Shown here: one piece after another, positions 10,192 through 20,373 of the stretch
Layout of the letters: each line of letters starts with the position of its first letter
How positions within the stretch are numbered: position 1 is the first letter of the stretch
IMG/VR virus record: IMGVR_UViG_3300027852_000031
Span: 90,250 to 154,249 of that record
Reading direction: 5' to 3' (one strand)
Source of the DNA: a virus
DNA: 64,000 bases
Notes under the pieces: generated by a model
What the model saw: the letters and a program-made list of their open reading frames with translations, nothing else
What the model was told of the DNA's origin: nothing
The model's database searches: none
Position numbers and translations under genes: made by a program

Positions 10192-11080
10192 ACTTTATTA
10201 TGATAGCAATTCGATCATCATATGTTGGACACTGATTAAACCCATTCATTCTTATTAATTCTCGACTCAAGTAATTATATAGATAAAAATCAATCATATT
10301 TCCTAAGTCTTCGAAATTATCATCATATTTGAAAGTAACTACCCCAGCTTCATTGGTGGTTAGGTCCAGATTAAATTCCTGTTCTAGTCCATCCACATCA
10401 GAATGAATTACGAATCCACCTCTTCCAGTCATCTCGTATATTCTATTACTCCAGTAGAACGGAGACGGATAACTGTCGGCCACAACTATTTTCGCTGATT
10501 GTACCACTCGATTTAACTGCAGACCCCTTAGACCTTCTTCTACATGTAGAAATTTTTTACCATACTTATCCTTCAAAAAATTAATCATTTTGGCTCTAAG
10601 TGGAAAATATGGAAATCCAGTGAATACAACATCCAAATCCATATTGTCAATAGGTACTAAAATATTATCTGGTTTATGTATACCTTGCCTTAGTGTCAAG
10701 TTGCGGACACCTAAGCTGCGCCATTCGTTGTCGTGACCACCATCCGTACTAAAAAACAAATCGGATTTATGCATATCCATAGAAATAATATGGTACCGAT
10801 TAGCGACGGCCACGGGGCTATCTCCCCAGGCCATGTCGTACAACCAAAATACAGATGGTATACCTTTTGATTTGAGCCACATAATCAATCGTGGTAGTTT
10901 CATGGATTTACCGTACAAAACGAAATCTGGATTGTGTTTAATTATAATTTGCTGAACTGTGGTGAACGATACGTCTGGAGAAACGCGAATTACTTCAACA
11001 TCTATTTTTTCGAATGCGTAGGCTACGTAGCATCCAGTCTTGTAAAATTTGTCAAATTTGGCAATATATACTATTTTCAT
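10157..11080 (-). CDS. CgeB-like glycosyltransferase
   Basis: DVVFTG, YWSNRIYEMTGRGGF, RELIRMNG. Confidence 0.75.
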   Translation of the reverse strand: MKIVYIAKFDKFYKTGCYVAYAFEKIDVEVIRVSPDVSFTTVQQIIIKHNPDFVLYGKSMKLPRLIMWLKSKGIPSVFWLYDMAWGDSPVAVANRYHIISMDMHKSDLFFSTDGGHDNEWRSLGVRNLTLRQGIHKPDNILVPIDNMDLDVVFTGFPYFPLRAKMINFLKDKYGKKFLHVEEGLRGLQLNRVVQSAKIVVADSYPSPFYWSNRIYEMTGRGGFVIHSDVDGLEQEFNLDLTTNEAGVVTFKYDDNFEDLGNMIDFYLYNYLSRELIRMNGFNQCPTYDDRIAIIIKYVAKLRDICKD

Positions 11081-11841
11081 ATAACACCATGTATCAGCTG
11101 GATTTTACTACTATCTAAAGGCCATCCATGCCGATTTTGTTTTCCATAATGTACTACGTCCATAGATATATTCATCGCATCACACGCATGAACGAATACC
11201 GAAGAGGATAGTACTCTGTGGGTGGCTTCTCTGGCTAGGACAAAAGAGACGTTTATATCATCGAAAAACATTTCGTATTTGCCGCCAACTCCAGTATTAA
11301 CTATTGGAAGATCTGGCAAATTCTTTTTCATCCATTCAGTAGCATTCCAATTATGATATTGATGCCATTCAATCATGGTGTGGCAAAAAATATATCCATT
11401 TGGAAATTGTTGTTGAATATATCGTATGGCCCTGTTTTCTACCTCTTGTGAAATAAAAACTTCTAGATCTAAGCTATCAATCGTCTTAAATCCACAGATC
11501 TTGTTGTTCCTAGCTATCTTCCCGCCTCTAACATAAGATGGCATCTCACTGAATTCGAGGGATAAATCATAACCACCTGACAATTCGTGAAATAAATCCA
11601 TACATTGCTGTAATTTAATAGCTCCGCTTTTTCCACCTTCTGCCGGGCCACCAGTATCATATTGGACAGGAATCAATTTGTTTATATACGAGCAAGACGC
11701 AAAAAGTTGAGACTGGATAGCCTGCTTTCGGCATATCAAATCTACCTTAAAGCCGCATCTATGAAGTTCTCTTAGTTGTGGCGTAAGACATATTAAATCG
11801 CCAAGTCCATGCCAGTATAGCAACAATACTGTTTTAGTCAT
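11077..11841 (-). CDS. GT9 (heptosyltransferase)-like protein
   Basis: HGLGDLICLTPQLREL N-terminal motif, SSSVFVHAC. Confidence 0.6.
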   Translation of the reverse strand: MTKTVLLLYWHGLGDLICLTPQLRELHRCGFKVDLICRKQAIQSQLFASCSYINKLIPVQYDTGGPAEGGKSGAIKLQQCMDLFHELSGGYDLSLEFSEMPSYVRGGKIARNNKICGFKTIDSLDLEVFISQEVENRAIRYIQQQFPNGYIFCHTMIEWHQYHNWNATEWMKKNLPDLPIVNTGVGGKYEMFFDDINVSFVLAREATHRVLSSSVFVHACDAMNISMDVVHYGKQNRHGWPLDSSKIQLIHGVI

Positions 11842-12560
11842 ACTATTTGATATCCCAATTCCGACATCACTAGTGGCGACAGCCGTTTCTTAAATTGTGC
11901 TATTAATTCTCTATCAAACATTTCCATGTAGCTATGAGATTCGTAATGTTGTGCATCGAACGGTATTCCTGTCTGTCCCATGCCTATATTGATATCACTT
12001 CGTCTTGCCATTCGCACTTTATTGTTTACGAACGGAAAGTTCGCTTTGATTAGCAACTCATTATTAATATCGTGTAACGTCTTGTCGAATGATTGTAGAA
12101 GATCTTCATATCTAACTATTGTAGCTAATTTATAGTGTTCGCAAAATTGAATCCAATTATAATGAAAATGATTCCACAAATCGATTGCCTGGGTAACAGA
12201 CATTAGTCGTTCTGGTCTTTCTTTAAACCGCTTTGAATAACTACACCACCATGAGTATGGCGACTTGACTGTAACTATGTATCGCAATTCTTTGGTTTCG
12301 ACTGCTCGTCGCATATCATCCGTAACCATTTTGAGAAGTTTTTGTTTCTCAGCAAATCGTTCAGTTGCAGAATGTGCTGGATCTACCCACGATCCACCGC
12401 TCCAATCGATGTTACCATTATCTGGTGGCTTAGGGGAATGTTTCCATAGTAAAACTTCAGATAATACTTGAACGTCTTGGAAATTATTTTCCAATAACCA
12501 TCTAGTATAGTTCGTGCCAGATCTTTTCATACCTATTTGTTTGATATAGGTGGTCATCAT
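11838..12560 (-). CDS. Sulfotransferase-family protein
   Basis: GMKRSGTN, VKSPYSW, IVRYEDL, ELGY. Confidence 0.8.
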   Translation of the reverse strand: MMTTYIKQIGMKRSGTNYTRWLLENNFQDVQVLSEVLLWKHSPKPPDNGNIDWSGGSWVDPAHSATERFAEKQKLLKMVTDDMRRAVETKELRYIVTVKSPYSWWCSYSKRFKERPERLMSVTQAIDLWNHFHYNWIQFCEHYKLATIVRYEDLLQSFDKTLHDINNELLIKANFPFVNNKVRMARRSDINIGMGQTGIPFDAQHYESHSYMEMFDRELIAQFKKRLSPLVMSELGYQIV

Positions 12561-13132
12561 TATACCTTTCTACGCAATATAATCTCTATACATGCTTCTG
12601 CATTGTATGGATCATTGGTCTGATCAACACCGATTAGTGTATAATCATAGTTAGTATCTACCATTCTTATTAATACGATTTCAACACCAAATTGTTTCAA
12701 CCATTCCGGAAGATAAATAGATTTTGGTAACTTACTGGATTCTTTTAAAGTAAACGACCATTTATGGTCTTTGTTGAATTGACTTGGCCATTTATTATGC
12801 TCATATAATCCTTCATCTGGGACAGTGATAAATATAAACCCATTTGTTTTGACGATTCGTATCCATGACCGCATGGCTGAAACTGGATCATCTATATGTT
12901 CTAAGCAATTGGACGAATAAGCAAAATCAAATGTTTTTTCGCCTATCTCGCTCATAGTTTCAGCTTCGTTTGCCGTATCTACATGGATTTTGTCATACGG
13001 TATTACTTTACCAACCACTACATTTAATATATCCTGGCCACATCCGATATCAATACCATCTCCGGTCAAATATAGCCGAAAATACCCCATAGACAATCGC
13101 CTGTTGTGTGCCTTGCTGGTTTCATAACTCAT
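12560..13132 (-). CDS. Class I SAM-dependent methyltransferase
   Basis: IDIGCG, FDFAYSSNCLEH, VKTNG..ITVPD. Confidence 0.88.
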   Translation of the reverse strand: MSYETSKAHNRRLSMGYFRLYLTGDGIDIGCGQDILNVVVGKVIPYDKIHVDTANEAETMSEIGEKTFDFAYSSNCLEHIDDPVSAMRSWIRIVKTNGFIFITVPDEGLYEHNKWPSQFNKDHKWSFTLKESSKLPKSIYLPEWLKQFGVEIVLIRMVDTNYDYTLIGVDQTNDPYNAEACIEIILRRKV

Positions 13133-13814
13133 CTTTGTACCTTATCAGATAACAGTATTGTTTCCAAGCATCTGGGAGTCGATGTGAAACAAATGGTTCG
13201 TCATCTTTTCTTGTCATATAGATATTACTGGGTACCTTATGGCTCAACGACACCATACTCATTATACCCTGGAATGTAATCATTTTTTTTGCTTTTGACA
13301 CAATACCAATTGCTTCTGGTAATGATGTTTTTCCCACAAGGTTTATAACCCCGGGTCCATTAATACATTTTAACCTATCATCTGTGCCGATTATAATGAC
13401 AGGATATGGTGTTTGTTCTATCGTACCCTGGATTATATCTGTTCGTAATTGTCTATCCTGATTTGTGCGGCCAGCAATTGGGTTTAGTACGATATATTCT
13501 TGTGGCAAACTTGACATATACGGCAAGTTGAAATATGGGAATAATTGCCAATTATCTGGGTTATTAAAGATTCGACCATAACTTAAATGATCAGTAAACG
13601 TTGAGTAAATTCGTAAGCCACGATCAGATCTTGTGTTTACAAATTGTACTTTTATGTTAGGCAGCAAAGAATATATTTGTTTTATTAAATGTCTCCAATT
13701 GTATTGAGCCGTATAGTGCTCGCATATTATTGGTTCGCATATCGCTATCTTGTATAAGATACATAATGTAATATATGTATCGCCGAGAGTACCGCTACAA
13801 TTGTATATATTCAT
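13122..13814 (-). CDS. GT9-like glycosyltransferase
   Basis: GTLGD; INLVGKTSLPEAIGIVSKA. Confidence 0.65.
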   Translation of the reverse strand: MNIYNCSGTLGDTYITLCILYKIAICEPIICEHYTAQYNWRHLIKQIYSLLPNIKVQFVNTRSDRGLRIYSTFTDHLSYGRIFNNPDNWQLFPYFNLPYMSSLPQEYIVLNPIAGRTNQDRQLRTDIIQGTIEQTPYPVIIIGTDDRLKCINGPGVINLVGKTSLPEAIGIVSKAKKMITFQGIMSMVSLSHKVPSNIYMTRKDDEPFVSHRLPDAWKQYCYLIRYKDEL

Positions 13815-14772
13815 CTTTCAATTCTCTGAAAGTACAACATGCAGTACCAGTTTTATTAACGACTATACCTGCTGCTATATTACTTATTTTCACAGACTCC
13901 TGTAGTGAATATCCAGCTGCGATGCACGATGCCAAAGTGCTAATAACTGTGTCTCCAGCACCAGTTACATCTACTGTGTGATTAAGATTATTTTTTGTGA
14001 TTGGTATGTGTGGTGGATGTGATGTGACACAATCATTTTCATCTAACAAGAAAATACCCTTATCTGACATCGTAATTATAACAGATCGAAGATTCAAGTG
14101 GTTTTTGATCATAACTGCTAATCGTGCTACGTCTATGTCATCATCAGTGTTTGGAACCAGTTGTCGTGCTTCTGACAGATTGGGCGATATGCACAAAAAA
14201 TTGGAACAATACTGAGAATTAATTGGTTTTATGTCGCCGACAATCGGACATTGAAATATTTGTTTTATAAAATTCATTGTTCTTTCTGTAAACACACCTT
14301 TTGCATAATCTGATATAATCAATATATCGAATTCTGTTCGGGTATTAATTTGAGTTAGCGATTTGAGCAATTCATTCTCGTAAAGATTAACATTCTTTTC
14401 GGTTTCAAAACACGAATCGTCGTCATATCTGATAAGATGTTGTTGGTTCGCCAATATTCTGGTTTTGGTAATTGTTGGAAATACCGATTCTATGACCGCA
14501 GTTTGGCCTATACCGTATTCGGCTAACAACAATTTGATTTGTCTAGCAGCACGATCTGCACCAACATATCCAGCTATTTCAACATTACACCCTAATGCAC
14601 TAGCATTGATGGCTACATTGGCGGCGCCACCGGGGACTAGCTTGGTATTAGATAATTTAACAACTGGGACTGGTGCCTCTGGCGATATTCTATGTACGAC
14701 ACCGTACTTGTATATATCTAGCATCAAATCACCAACGACCAATATGTTTTTGTTTTCAAATGGATTCATCAT
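13795..14772 (-). CDS. rfaE1: Heptose-7-phosphate kinase (HldE/RfaE kinase domain, PfkB family)
   Basis: VVGDLMLD, RISPEAPVPVV, GGAANVA, SDYAKG, DVTGAGDT. Confidence 0.92.
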   Translation of the reverse strand: MMNPFENKNILVVGDLMLDIYKYGVVHRISPEAPVPVVKLSNTKLVPGGAANVAINASALGCNVEIAGYVGADRAARQIKLLLAEYGIGQTAVIESVFPTITKTRILANQQHLIRYDDDSCFETEKNVNLYENELLKSLTQINTRTEFDILIISDYAKGVFTERTMNFIKQIFQCPIVGDIKPINSQYCSNFLCISPNLSEARQLVPNTDDDIDVARLAVMIKNHLNLRSVIITMSDKGIFLLDENDCVTSHPPHIPITKNNLNHTVDVTGAGDTVISTLASCIAAGYSLQESVKISNIAAGIVVNKTGTACCTFRELKDEYIQL

Positions 14773-15381
14773 TTACCCATACTTTTGTCTTTTGTCAATA
14801 ACGACTAAGTAGCACCATTGGTTCATAGCTACATCTCCAGGTTTGGTTCTAATTTTTGATATTGACACAGAATATGGTTTACAAATATCTCTAAATTCAT
14901 TTATGTCGTTTAATATATACAATAATTCCCCGTTTTTACCAAATATTTTATTTTTTTTGTTACCCCAGTGGTTACAATGTCCTATTGGTGGTGGCGATTG
15001 GTTATTAAATGATTGCTCAAAAGGAACCGTGATAATTAATCTAGTTGTTGTCATAACTAATAACTTTTGTATAGCCACTCGATAGTTTGAAAGATGTTCT
15101 AATACCTCACTACAAATTACTACCGGACTATCCTTAATAGGAAAAGATTCTGTTTTGAAGATATCAGTTATGTGAAAAGTTATGTTTTCAGTATCCTGCC
15201 AAATACTATGATGCCGACAGTCTGTAGCATATACTCTGTAACCCATAGAAGCCAATATCCTATCTATTCGTCCTGCACCACACCCAATATTCAGAATAGT
15301 TTTGTCATACTGATAATTGGGTATTGCATCTATTATAGCTACGTCTCTTATATCGGCATAGTCCATTGTGTAGTCCATCAA
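14773..15381 (-). CDS. Class I SAM-dependent methyltransferase
   Basis: LNIGCGAG, CSEVLEH, ITVP. Confidence 0.85.
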   Translation of the reverse strand: MMDYTMDYADIRDVAIIDAIPNYQYDKTILNIGCGAGRIDRILASMGYRVYATDCRHHSIWQDTENITFHITDIFKTESFPIKDSPVVICSEVLEHLSNYRVAIQKLLVMTTTRLIITVPFEQSFNNQSPPPIGHCNHWGNKKNKIFGKNGELLYILNDINEFRDICKPYSVSISKIRTKPGDVAMNQWCYLVVIDKRQKYG

Positions 15382-15412
15382 TATAAATCGTATCGAATCT
15401 CTATCTTGCCCG

Positions 15413-16186
15413 CTATGAAATAAGTGCTAATGTTTCTGAAACTATATTCTCTGGACTCGGCTCAACAGCATGTCCAATAAATTTTATGGGTGATTTAAAT
15501 GGATTCCACATAGTTTGATATCGCTGTTTTAATGTATGATGAATAGACGCAATCCACGTGACATGCGGACAACCACATAGGCTCGCCAAGTGAATAGTGC
15601 CGCTACTAGGTCCAACAACACATTTTGCGACGGATATTGCTCCACATTGAGTAGCTAGGGGTTTGTCTCTCAGATCCCTTGCTCCATTTGGGCAATAATT
15701 TTCTTTTCCTCCGAAGCATCCGACAGTTAATCCTTGTTCAATAAGCAGTTCTACAACCTTCCTGCATTTGTTTAACGGGTACGTCTTTCCTGGAACTTCA
15801 AGTTTACCGATATACTTCTCTGGCCTAAAAGCGCACATAATATCTATCTGATCTATAGAACTTATATTTGACAAATGTCTCCATTCCCTTGGTGTTGATA
15901 TTTTCTCTGGTCCACTAGTATCAGCTTCGAAGATTGTCTTCGGACCTAAGTAGTGATTAGCTTCCACAACAGGTTCGTCACCAATTAACTTACCATCACA
16001 ATAACTAAGACCTTCTGTTTCTAATGGTATGAATTTATCAGCAAATTCGTATAGATATCTTGAATTATGTGGTGCTGCCACGATTATGTGGTAATATTGT
16101 TTTGCTAGATATCGGAGGAATGGATTCCACCAACACAATTCCCATCCGAATTCCCCCTTCCATGGACCGGCATATAATGTACTCAT
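15413..16186 (-). CDS. GT9-like glycosyltransferase
   Basis: GEFGWE; DLR; VGPSSGTIHLASLCGCP resembles the GT9 DSG..HLA motif. Confidence 0.65.
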   Translation of the reverse strand: MSTLYAGPWKGEFGWELCWWNPFLRYLAKQYYHIIVAAPHNSRYLYEFADKFIPLETEGLSYCDGKLIGDEPVVEANHYLGPKTIFEADTSGPEKISTPREWRHLSNISSIDQIDIMCAFRPEKYIGKLEVPGKTYPLNKCRKVVELLIEQGLTVGCFGGKENYCPNGARDLRDKPLATQCGAISVAKCVVGPSSGTIHLASLCGCPHVTWIASIHHTLKQRYQTMWNPFKSPIKFIGHAVEPSPENIVSETLALIS

Positions 16187-16194
16187 ATAACCAC

Positions 16195-16929
16195 CTATTG
16201 TATGGCGTTACCATCGTATGTGTACAACGTTCTTCCGTTGATGTCTATCACTCGGTTAATTTGCAACTTATCCATCATTAGTCTTAAATATTGTTGCATA
16301 CGACAATTTCTGTGATTATAATAATTTGTATCCTTAATCGGTCTATGCCCGACAGAAACAGTTGGCGTATGTCCTATGTTTAATTTGCCTATAGATCTTG
16401 CAAAGAAAATCATATGGTCAACTGTTTTAAAATCATGATCCCAACCACCTATCTCTTTGACTTTATCCGTCCTGCTCATCCAAAATTGTAGAACAATATT
16501 CCATAAAATGAAATTATCTAAAACTCCAGATGGTGTTTTGCTGAATACCAATGCCCCATCTACAATGTGTAGGCTGGCGTGGTATTCTGGATGTCCATCC
16601 ACATTACCACCTATCATATGAAGATTGGTTTCGTCTAATATCGTTAACCACTTTTCAAGTCGTGTCCTATGGTCAAAAACAAAATCGTCATCTAACGTCA
16701 CAACAAATTCGGTGTCTACTTTGCTTAGTGCCAAATTTCTTCCAGCAGAAACGCCACTGTCATATGGCATGTGTAGGTGATCCACACCAGTTAGTTTGCA
16801 TGGATTACTGCTATCATCAGCCACTATTATTCTTATGTCTGGATACATCAGTTTAATGCTATATATTAATCTATTTAAGCAGTTTGGTCTCTCGAATGTT
16901 TTTACTATAAATGTCACACGCTTTTTCAT
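16195..16929 (-). CDS. GT2-family glycosyltransferase
   Basis: KTFERP, VADDS, GVSAGRN, LDDDF. Confidence 0.88.
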   Translation of the reverse strand: MKKRVTFIVKTFERPNCLNRLIYSIKLMYPDIRIIVADDSSNPCKLTGVDHLHMPYDSGVSAGRNLALSKVDTEFVVTLDDDFVFDHRTRLEKWLTILDETNLHMIGGNVDGHPEYHASLHIVDGALVFSKTPSGVLDNFILWNIVLQFWMSRTDKVKEIGGWDHDFKTVDHMIFFARSIGKLNIGHTPTVSVGHRPIKDTNYYNHRNCRMQQYLRLMMDKLQINRVIDINGRTLYTYDGNAIQ

Positions 16930-19286
16930 ATTTCACTCTCAACAAATTCTTCGTCTAAAACTGTATCATCTATGCCACCATTGATAAGATCCTGTGCTTT
17001 CCATAGTTTATCTAAAGCTACTACGCCCAAAAAGTCAAATTTTACAGCGCCCATTGCTTCGGCATCATACATCTCTAAACCGACGACTCTATCCTTATTC
17101 TTTGGGTCGTATACTAAAGGAACTAATTCGGCTATGGGCCTATCTGCGATTACTACACCAGCAGCATGTTTCGATTGTGATTTTTTTGTTCCTTCTATCC
17201 TCATGGCCTGATCGAATAATGGTTTATACCAGTTATAAGCATCTCGTATTTGATCTATGTTGTGAACTGACCATTGTAGAATGCCATAATCATCTCCCTG
17301 TTCCTTTCTTGCCTGACGCAATTCATCAGCAATAGTAGCTTCATCTGGTATAAAATGTGTAATTTCATTACACAGGTCGTGTGGAGTGATATGGATTTCA
17401 TTTGGATCTTTACCTTCTTTTACTGCCTTAACTTTCATAAGCTGTTTAACAGTATCTGGGTGGGCTCTAAAGACTTCCTTCAAAGCTGCTTTACCCTGTA
17501 GTCTTCCGAAGGTTATCATTTGTGCAACATATTCCTCTCCCCATCGTTCTTTCAGGTATGCTATTACTTCATTCCTAAAAACAACCCCAATATCTGTGTC
17601 AATGTCTGGCAAACTTATATGACCACTATGTGTAGTAACTTTCTTGTCCGTATCAAATTCGTTTCGTCCAGCTAATGTTAATCCCAAACCATATGCCAAA
17701 TGCGAATTTGATTTATTATCTGCTGGTTTTAACAAAAGCATGTCGTGTAAATACATCCACATTCTAGGGTTGTTGTGGTCTATCCACTCCACCTCTTCCC
17801 TCATATGGTTGGTAAATTCAATTCCATATTTTCGCATACGTTTCGCCAAGTGTCTCGCGATTTTTGCCCTTTCGTCGTCACGGTTTCGAGTGTGTAGTAA
17901 TTCAAAATTATCAGACATCCATGACATAAAATCCTGTTGGCCAATATCAAAGTGTGGTGGAATATTTCTACTCATATTATAGAATCGTTCAAAGTATAAT
18001 CCATATTCAATAGGATCTATACCAGTGATTCCTACAAGATAATTTACCAATGATCCAGCGCCAGATCCACGACCCTTACCTCTTGGTCCATTTTTGGCAT
18101 CGACAAACTTGCAAGCATCCCATACTATCAAAAAGTAATCAGCAAGACCAGCTTCGTTGATAACGATTAGTTCTTTTTTGAGTCTTGCCCAATAAACAAC
18201 TTTTTGCTCATCCGTGCAATCTGATAGTTTGGTTTTAGCACCTTGTATACATAAGTGTCTAAGATAATCATTGGAGTCTAGTCCTAGTGTGCTAGACTCT
18301 TCGTTTGTGAATACTGGAAGATACGGAGAATGACCAAGTGATGTGTAATTTATTTTTGCCGCTATATCAAGTGTGGTTTGTAATTCCTGTTCAGTAAAAT
18401 GCTCTCTCATTTCATCATATGACGGGATATAATAGTTGTCTGATACCATGAAGTCCATAACATCGCCCGTCTGCTTAAGTTTCAGATCTTGTTCTTCTCT
18501 GGTGGTGTGAAGTTGCGCATAGAGCAATAGTCTTTGGTCTTCCGCTTCTGTTTGTCTACAATAATGTGCATCAATCGTCGCTACTGTTGACACACCAGTT
18601 TCGTCTCCTAGCTGCCTCAAGCAATCAACTACTACCTTTTGAATATCCATACCCTCATTTTGTAGTTCGAGGTAGTAGTTATCTTTACCGAATATTTCGA
18701 TATGCTTATTGATTATATCAACACCAACTTGCTTCCAGTCGGGTTTAAGAAGTTGTCTAACGCCCTGCACATTAGTGCCATGTCCACTAGCTATTGTGGC
18801 TTCCCGGAAGTTAACAAATAGGCTAGAAGGCAATTCCCCGGCAATACAAGCTGTTAAAAATATCAGGTTATTTCTGCTGGCGAATTGTGTTATTCCACCA
18901 AGATGTATCCGTGGTTTACGATAAAAATAATCTGGTCTATTAGATTCACTTATTAATTCCATTAGATCCTTAATGCCATCATCATTTTTAGCCAAAACTA
19001 TTAGATGATTGCGTGTATTATTCGTATTATCTTTTATGGCGGCGTCTTTTTCGACAACGTACATTTCACATCCAATAATGGGTTTTATTTGTTTTTTCAT
19101 TGCTGCGTCATAAAAGGTTTTCAAACACGATATATTCCCGTGGTCGGTGATGGCCACACCTGGTAATTTAAGTTCGACACATCTATCGACTATATCTTTT
19201 GGGGAACACAGGCCATCCAAAAGACTATAAAAGCTATGACAATGAAGTGGAACATATGTATTTTTTGTTTTCATATATGTCTCCAT
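16926..19286 (-). CDS. dnaE: DNA polymerase III alpha, N-terminal half (PHP + palm/thumb)
   Basis: HCHSFYSLLDG, TDHG, DAHY, GRGSGAGS, FERF, PDIDTD, HAAGVVI, KFDFLG. Confidence 0.95.
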   Translation of the reverse strand: METYMKTKNTYVPLHCHSFYSLLDGLCSPKDIVDRCVELKLPGVAITDHGNISCLKTFYDAAMKKQIKPIIGCEMYVVEKDAAIKDNTNNTRNHLIVLAKNDDGIKDLMELISESNRPDYFYRKPRIHLGGITQFASRNNLIFLTACIAGELPSSLFVNFREATIASGHGTNVQGVRQLLKPDWKQVGVDIINKHIEIFGKDNYYLELQNEGMDIQKVVVDCLRQLGDETGVSTVATIDAHYCRQTEAEDQRLLLYAQLHTTREEQDLKLKQTGDVMDFMVSDNYYIPSYDEMREHFTEQELQTTLDIAAKINYTSLGHSPYLPVFTNEESSTLGLDSNDYLRHLCIQGAKTKLSDCTDEQKVVYWARLKKELIVINEAGLADYFLIVWDACKFVDAKNGPRGKGRGSGAGSLVNYLVGITGIDPIEYGLYFERFYNMSRNIPPHFDIGQQDFMSWMSDNFELLHTRNRDDERAKIARHLAKRMRKYGIEFTNHMREEVEWIDHNNPRMWMYLHDMLLLKPADNKSNSHLAYGLGLTLAGRNEFDTDKKVTTHSGHISLPDIDTDIGVVFRNEVIAYLKERWGEEYVAQMITFGRLQGKAALKEVFRAHPDTVKQLMKVKAVKEGKDPNEIHITPHDLCNEITHFIPDEATIADELRQARKEQGDDYGILQWSVHNIDQIRDAYNWYKPLFDQAMRIEGTKKSQSKHAAGVVIADRPIAELVPLVYDPKNKDRVVGLEMYDAEAMGAVKFDFLGVVALDKLWKAQDLINGGIDDTVLDEEFVESEI

Positions 19287-19365
19287 GCTTTGTGTAATTT
19301 TATGGCAGAAACTAAACTTTGTGTAATACCAAATTGTTGTGCTATATCGATTGTATTTAATCTCT

Positions 19366-20310
19366 TCACATGTTTATTATCTTTATTTCCCCATTGTCTG
19401 CCACATATTTTGTAGCAACGTAACTTTCGCCTAGTGTGTGTAGATCACTCCATATTTTTTGACATACGTCATCTTTATTAAATGAACACATTTTACATTT
19501 CCAGCTTCTACTCCGACGAATCAATGTATCCTTGCGAATCGTGGTGAAAAATCTATATAGCACAGATATTGTCTGGGCAATATCTTCTTGTGAAAATGAG
19601 ATTGTGATTGGACCCTGGTCATTCGTATAATAGAATGTTATAATGATGTTTTTATATTGTGGATACAACAAATATATAGCCAAATGATATAATCTTGGTT
19701 GTATTTCTTGAGTCAAGAAAAATTCATCTATAGGTTCTTTCGTGGATAAATCGGTTCTACTGCCAGTTTTCCAATCAACAATCTCGATAGTGTCTTCGTC
19801 TATCCTATGTAACAAGTCAATAAAGCCTCTAATTGCAAATTGTTTCACTTTCCCATTTTCATCTACACATTCCCACTCTTTCCCCGGCATTTCCAAAGCA
19901 AACCATTTTTCTGTATCAAGCACTTCTGCACAATAAGGATTATAAAATTTGTCATTCAAAACACTTTCCATGGCTATTCTACATTTTTTATAATCAGCAG
20001 CTTCTTTGTATTCTCCTGTTATCTTGTCTATGCGTGTTGTGGTTTTTCGTATTGCGATGTGCGGTGTTTTGTCTACCCAATCATCCCATGCTCTATCTAA
20101 TAACCACATTGGATCAACATTAGTTTTATTACGTTTTTTCAGTTTTCCCATCCACTCCAATGCTTGGTGAACGATATTACCTTGTAATGCCGCTTTACCA
20201 GCTTTTGATCTAAGTCCAAGTATATAATTGAGAAAATAACCAAAAGGGCAATTCTGGTATAATCTCAACGAACTTGCACTACATCTATGTATTTTCATAC
20301 CGCATCTCAC
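19366..20310 (-). CDS. PD-(D/E)XK exonuclease (RecB/AddB/Cas4-like)
   Basis: SASSL...CP, GNIVH, GFIDL, VDWKTG, C-terminal CKMC..C. Confidence 0.82.
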   Translation of the reverse strand: MRCGMKIHRCSASSLRLYQNCPFGYFLNYILGLRSKAGKAALQGNIVHQALEWMGKLKKRNKTNVDPMWLLDRAWDDWVDKTPHIAIRKTTTRIDKITGEYKEAADYKKCRIAMESVLNDKFYNPYCAEVLDTEKWFALEMPGKEWECVDENGKVKQFAIRGFIDLLHRIDEDTIEIVDWKTGSRTDLSTKEPIDEFFLTQEIQPRLYHLAIYLLYPQYKNIIITFYYTNDQGPITISFSQEDIAQTISVLYRFFTTIRKDTLIRRSRSWKCKMCSFNKDDVCQKIWSDLHTLGESYVATKYVADNGEIKIINM

Positions 20311-20373
20311 TCAATAATTTACACATCGACCCCACTACATATGCTAGACACATAAGATAGATTCAACCACAAA

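Noticed and set aside
19366-20310. Cas4-like nuclease as part of a CRISPR-Cas locus
   Set aside because: No repeat-spacer array or other cas genes seen; such nucleases are common in phage replication modules
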